DNA of 42,739 nucleotides from Gaiellaceae bacterium. GTDB taxonomy: Bacteria; Actinomycetota; Thermoleophilia; Gaiellales; Gaiellaceae. A program made the position numbers and the translations under genes. Below the pieces are notes generated by a model. That model had not been told where the DNA came from. It saw nothing but the letters and a program-made list of their open reading frames with translations, and made no database searches. Below are positions 41,987-42,739 of the stretch, one piece after another; position 1 is the first letter of the stretch; every line of letters begins with the position of its first letter. The DNA is taken from contig DASTHD010000056.1 in NCBI GenBank assembly GCA_035605555.1, forward strand, positions 1 to 42,739. Reading direction: 5' to 3'.

Positions 41987-42739
41987 ACGAGCGGCGACTC
42001 CACCAAGCGCTCGTGGGCGTTTCGCCGCCTGACGAGATGGGCGCGCAGCGACGTTCGTGGCGCGTCGTCCGGACCGCGTTCGGAGACCGGGAGCCGACCC
42101 CTTGGCCGGTGCGGCACCGGGGGCCGATCGTCGGCGCAGCCGTCGCCGTCGCGCTCCTCGCGGCGGTGCTGAGCTCGCCGGGGCGCGCGGTGATCGGCGG
42201 CGTTCGCGACGCCGTGGGCACTCAGACGACAACCGTCACAGGCGTGCCCCAGGCCCGGCCGTCGCTCTTCTCCCTTCCCACCCGCGGCCGCTTGCTGGTG
42301 ACGGCTCCGACCGGCGCGTGGGTCGTCTCGGCCGACGGGCACAGGCGCCGGCTCGGCGACTACAGGAACGCGACATGGTCGCCAGAGGGCCGGGTCGTCG
42401 CCGTCTCGAAGGCGAGCGAGCTTGCGGCCGTGACGCCCGTGGGCGCCGTGCGCTGGACGCTCTCCCGCCCGCGCGTCCACGATCCCGCCTGGGCGCCGAG
42501 CGGCTTCCGCGTCGCGTATCTCAGCGGCGCGAACCTCAGGGTCGTCGCGGGCGACGGCACCGGCGACGAGCGCATCGACGCGGCGCAGAACGTCGCGCCC
42601 GTCTGGCGTCCGGGGGAGGAGCACGTGCTCGCCTTCGTTGACCCGGGCGGGAACGTCAACGTGGTGCAGAGCGACGACAAGCAGGTGCTGTGGACGGCCG
42701 GCGAGAGCGCCTCGTCGCCGATGCAGCTCGCGTGGTCCG
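41983..42739 (+). CDS. Membrane-anchored protein with a TolB/PD40-like beta-propeller ectodomain, candidate anti-sigma partner (3-prime end outside the window)
   Basis: Hand translation from GTG 41983, which overlaps the sigma stop as GTGA: VNERRLHQALVGVSPPDEMGAQRRSWRVV...TM (IVGAAVAVALLAAVL)...ATWSPEGRVVAV...PAWAPSGFRVAYLSG...PVWRPGEEHVLAF. It is open to the window end, so it is not in the ORF track. Confidence 0.65.
   Translation, partial: MNERRLHQALVGVSPPDEMGAQRRSWRVVRTAFGDREPTPWPVRHRGPIVGAAVAVALLAAVLSSPGRAVIGGVRDAVGTQTTTVTGVPQARPSLFSLPTRGRLLVTAPTGAWVVSADGHRRRLGDYRNATWSPEGRVVAVSKASELAAVTPVGAVRWTLSRPRVHDPAWAPSGFRVAYLSGANLRVVAGDGTGDERIDAAQNVAPVWRPGEEHVLAFVDPGGNVNVVQSDDKQVLWTAGESASSPMQLAWS

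Overview
By eye this window is about 70% GC and very gene-dense. It looks like a bacterial chromosome segment with clear actinobacterial synteny. Given the mre cluster and the single clpP, it may come from a Thermoleophilia- or Rubrobacteria-like lineage; that placement is inference only.

Layout:
- 1-14.2 kb is one long minus-strand housekeeping block: tig-clpP-clpX-valS-folC-(two small membrane genes)-ndk-methyltransferase-maf-mreB-mreC-mreD-mrdA-rodA. Many junctions have overlapping stop and start codons.
- 14.2-23.7 kb is a mosaic. Six single tRNA genes, all on the minus strand, are separated by 1.2-2.6 kb modules of unrelated small accessory genes: Leu-TAG, Arg-TCG, His-GTG, Arg-TCT, Gly-TCC, Pro-TGG. 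The modules hold TetR, cupin/TPR-like, PIN, NTF2-like, 2-hydroxyacid dehydrogenase, HAD, DJ-1, a cNMP-binding protein, a CAP-domain protein, an AI-2E transporter, cyclophilin, CtaG and a PAS protein.
- 23.7-42.7 kb holds an EamA transporter, a second CAP protein, a five-GAF/PAS histidine kinase with a receiver-only regulator, ispH, ileS, trxA, a lipid kinase, a zinc-ribbon NUDIX, a second cNMP-binding protein, a DUF1800/DUF1501/cupredoxin operon, a serine hydrolase, ridA-ybdK, and an ECF sigma factor with a membrane beta-propeller partner.

I found no CRISPR array, IS element, integrase, prophage or recognisable defence system.

The best candidates for undescribed biology are:
- the translationally coupled, Tat-exported DUF1800-DUF1501-cupredoxin operon;
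- the tRNA-punctuated architecture, including a tRNA-His embedded in a protein-coding operon;
- a lipid-kinase gene with no canonical start codon, lying in frame behind the trxA TAG stop;
- an ndk-methyltransferase-maf trio placed ahead of mreB;
- a 21-codon hydrophobic micro-ORF with a perfect Shine-Dalgarno (SD) sequence;
- an IleRS with degenerate class-I signature motifs.

None of these is proven. CDS coordinates follow the supplied ORF track, with starts re-chosen by hand. Hand-derived coordinates (tRNAs, hairpins, re-chosen starts) may be off by 1-2 nt.
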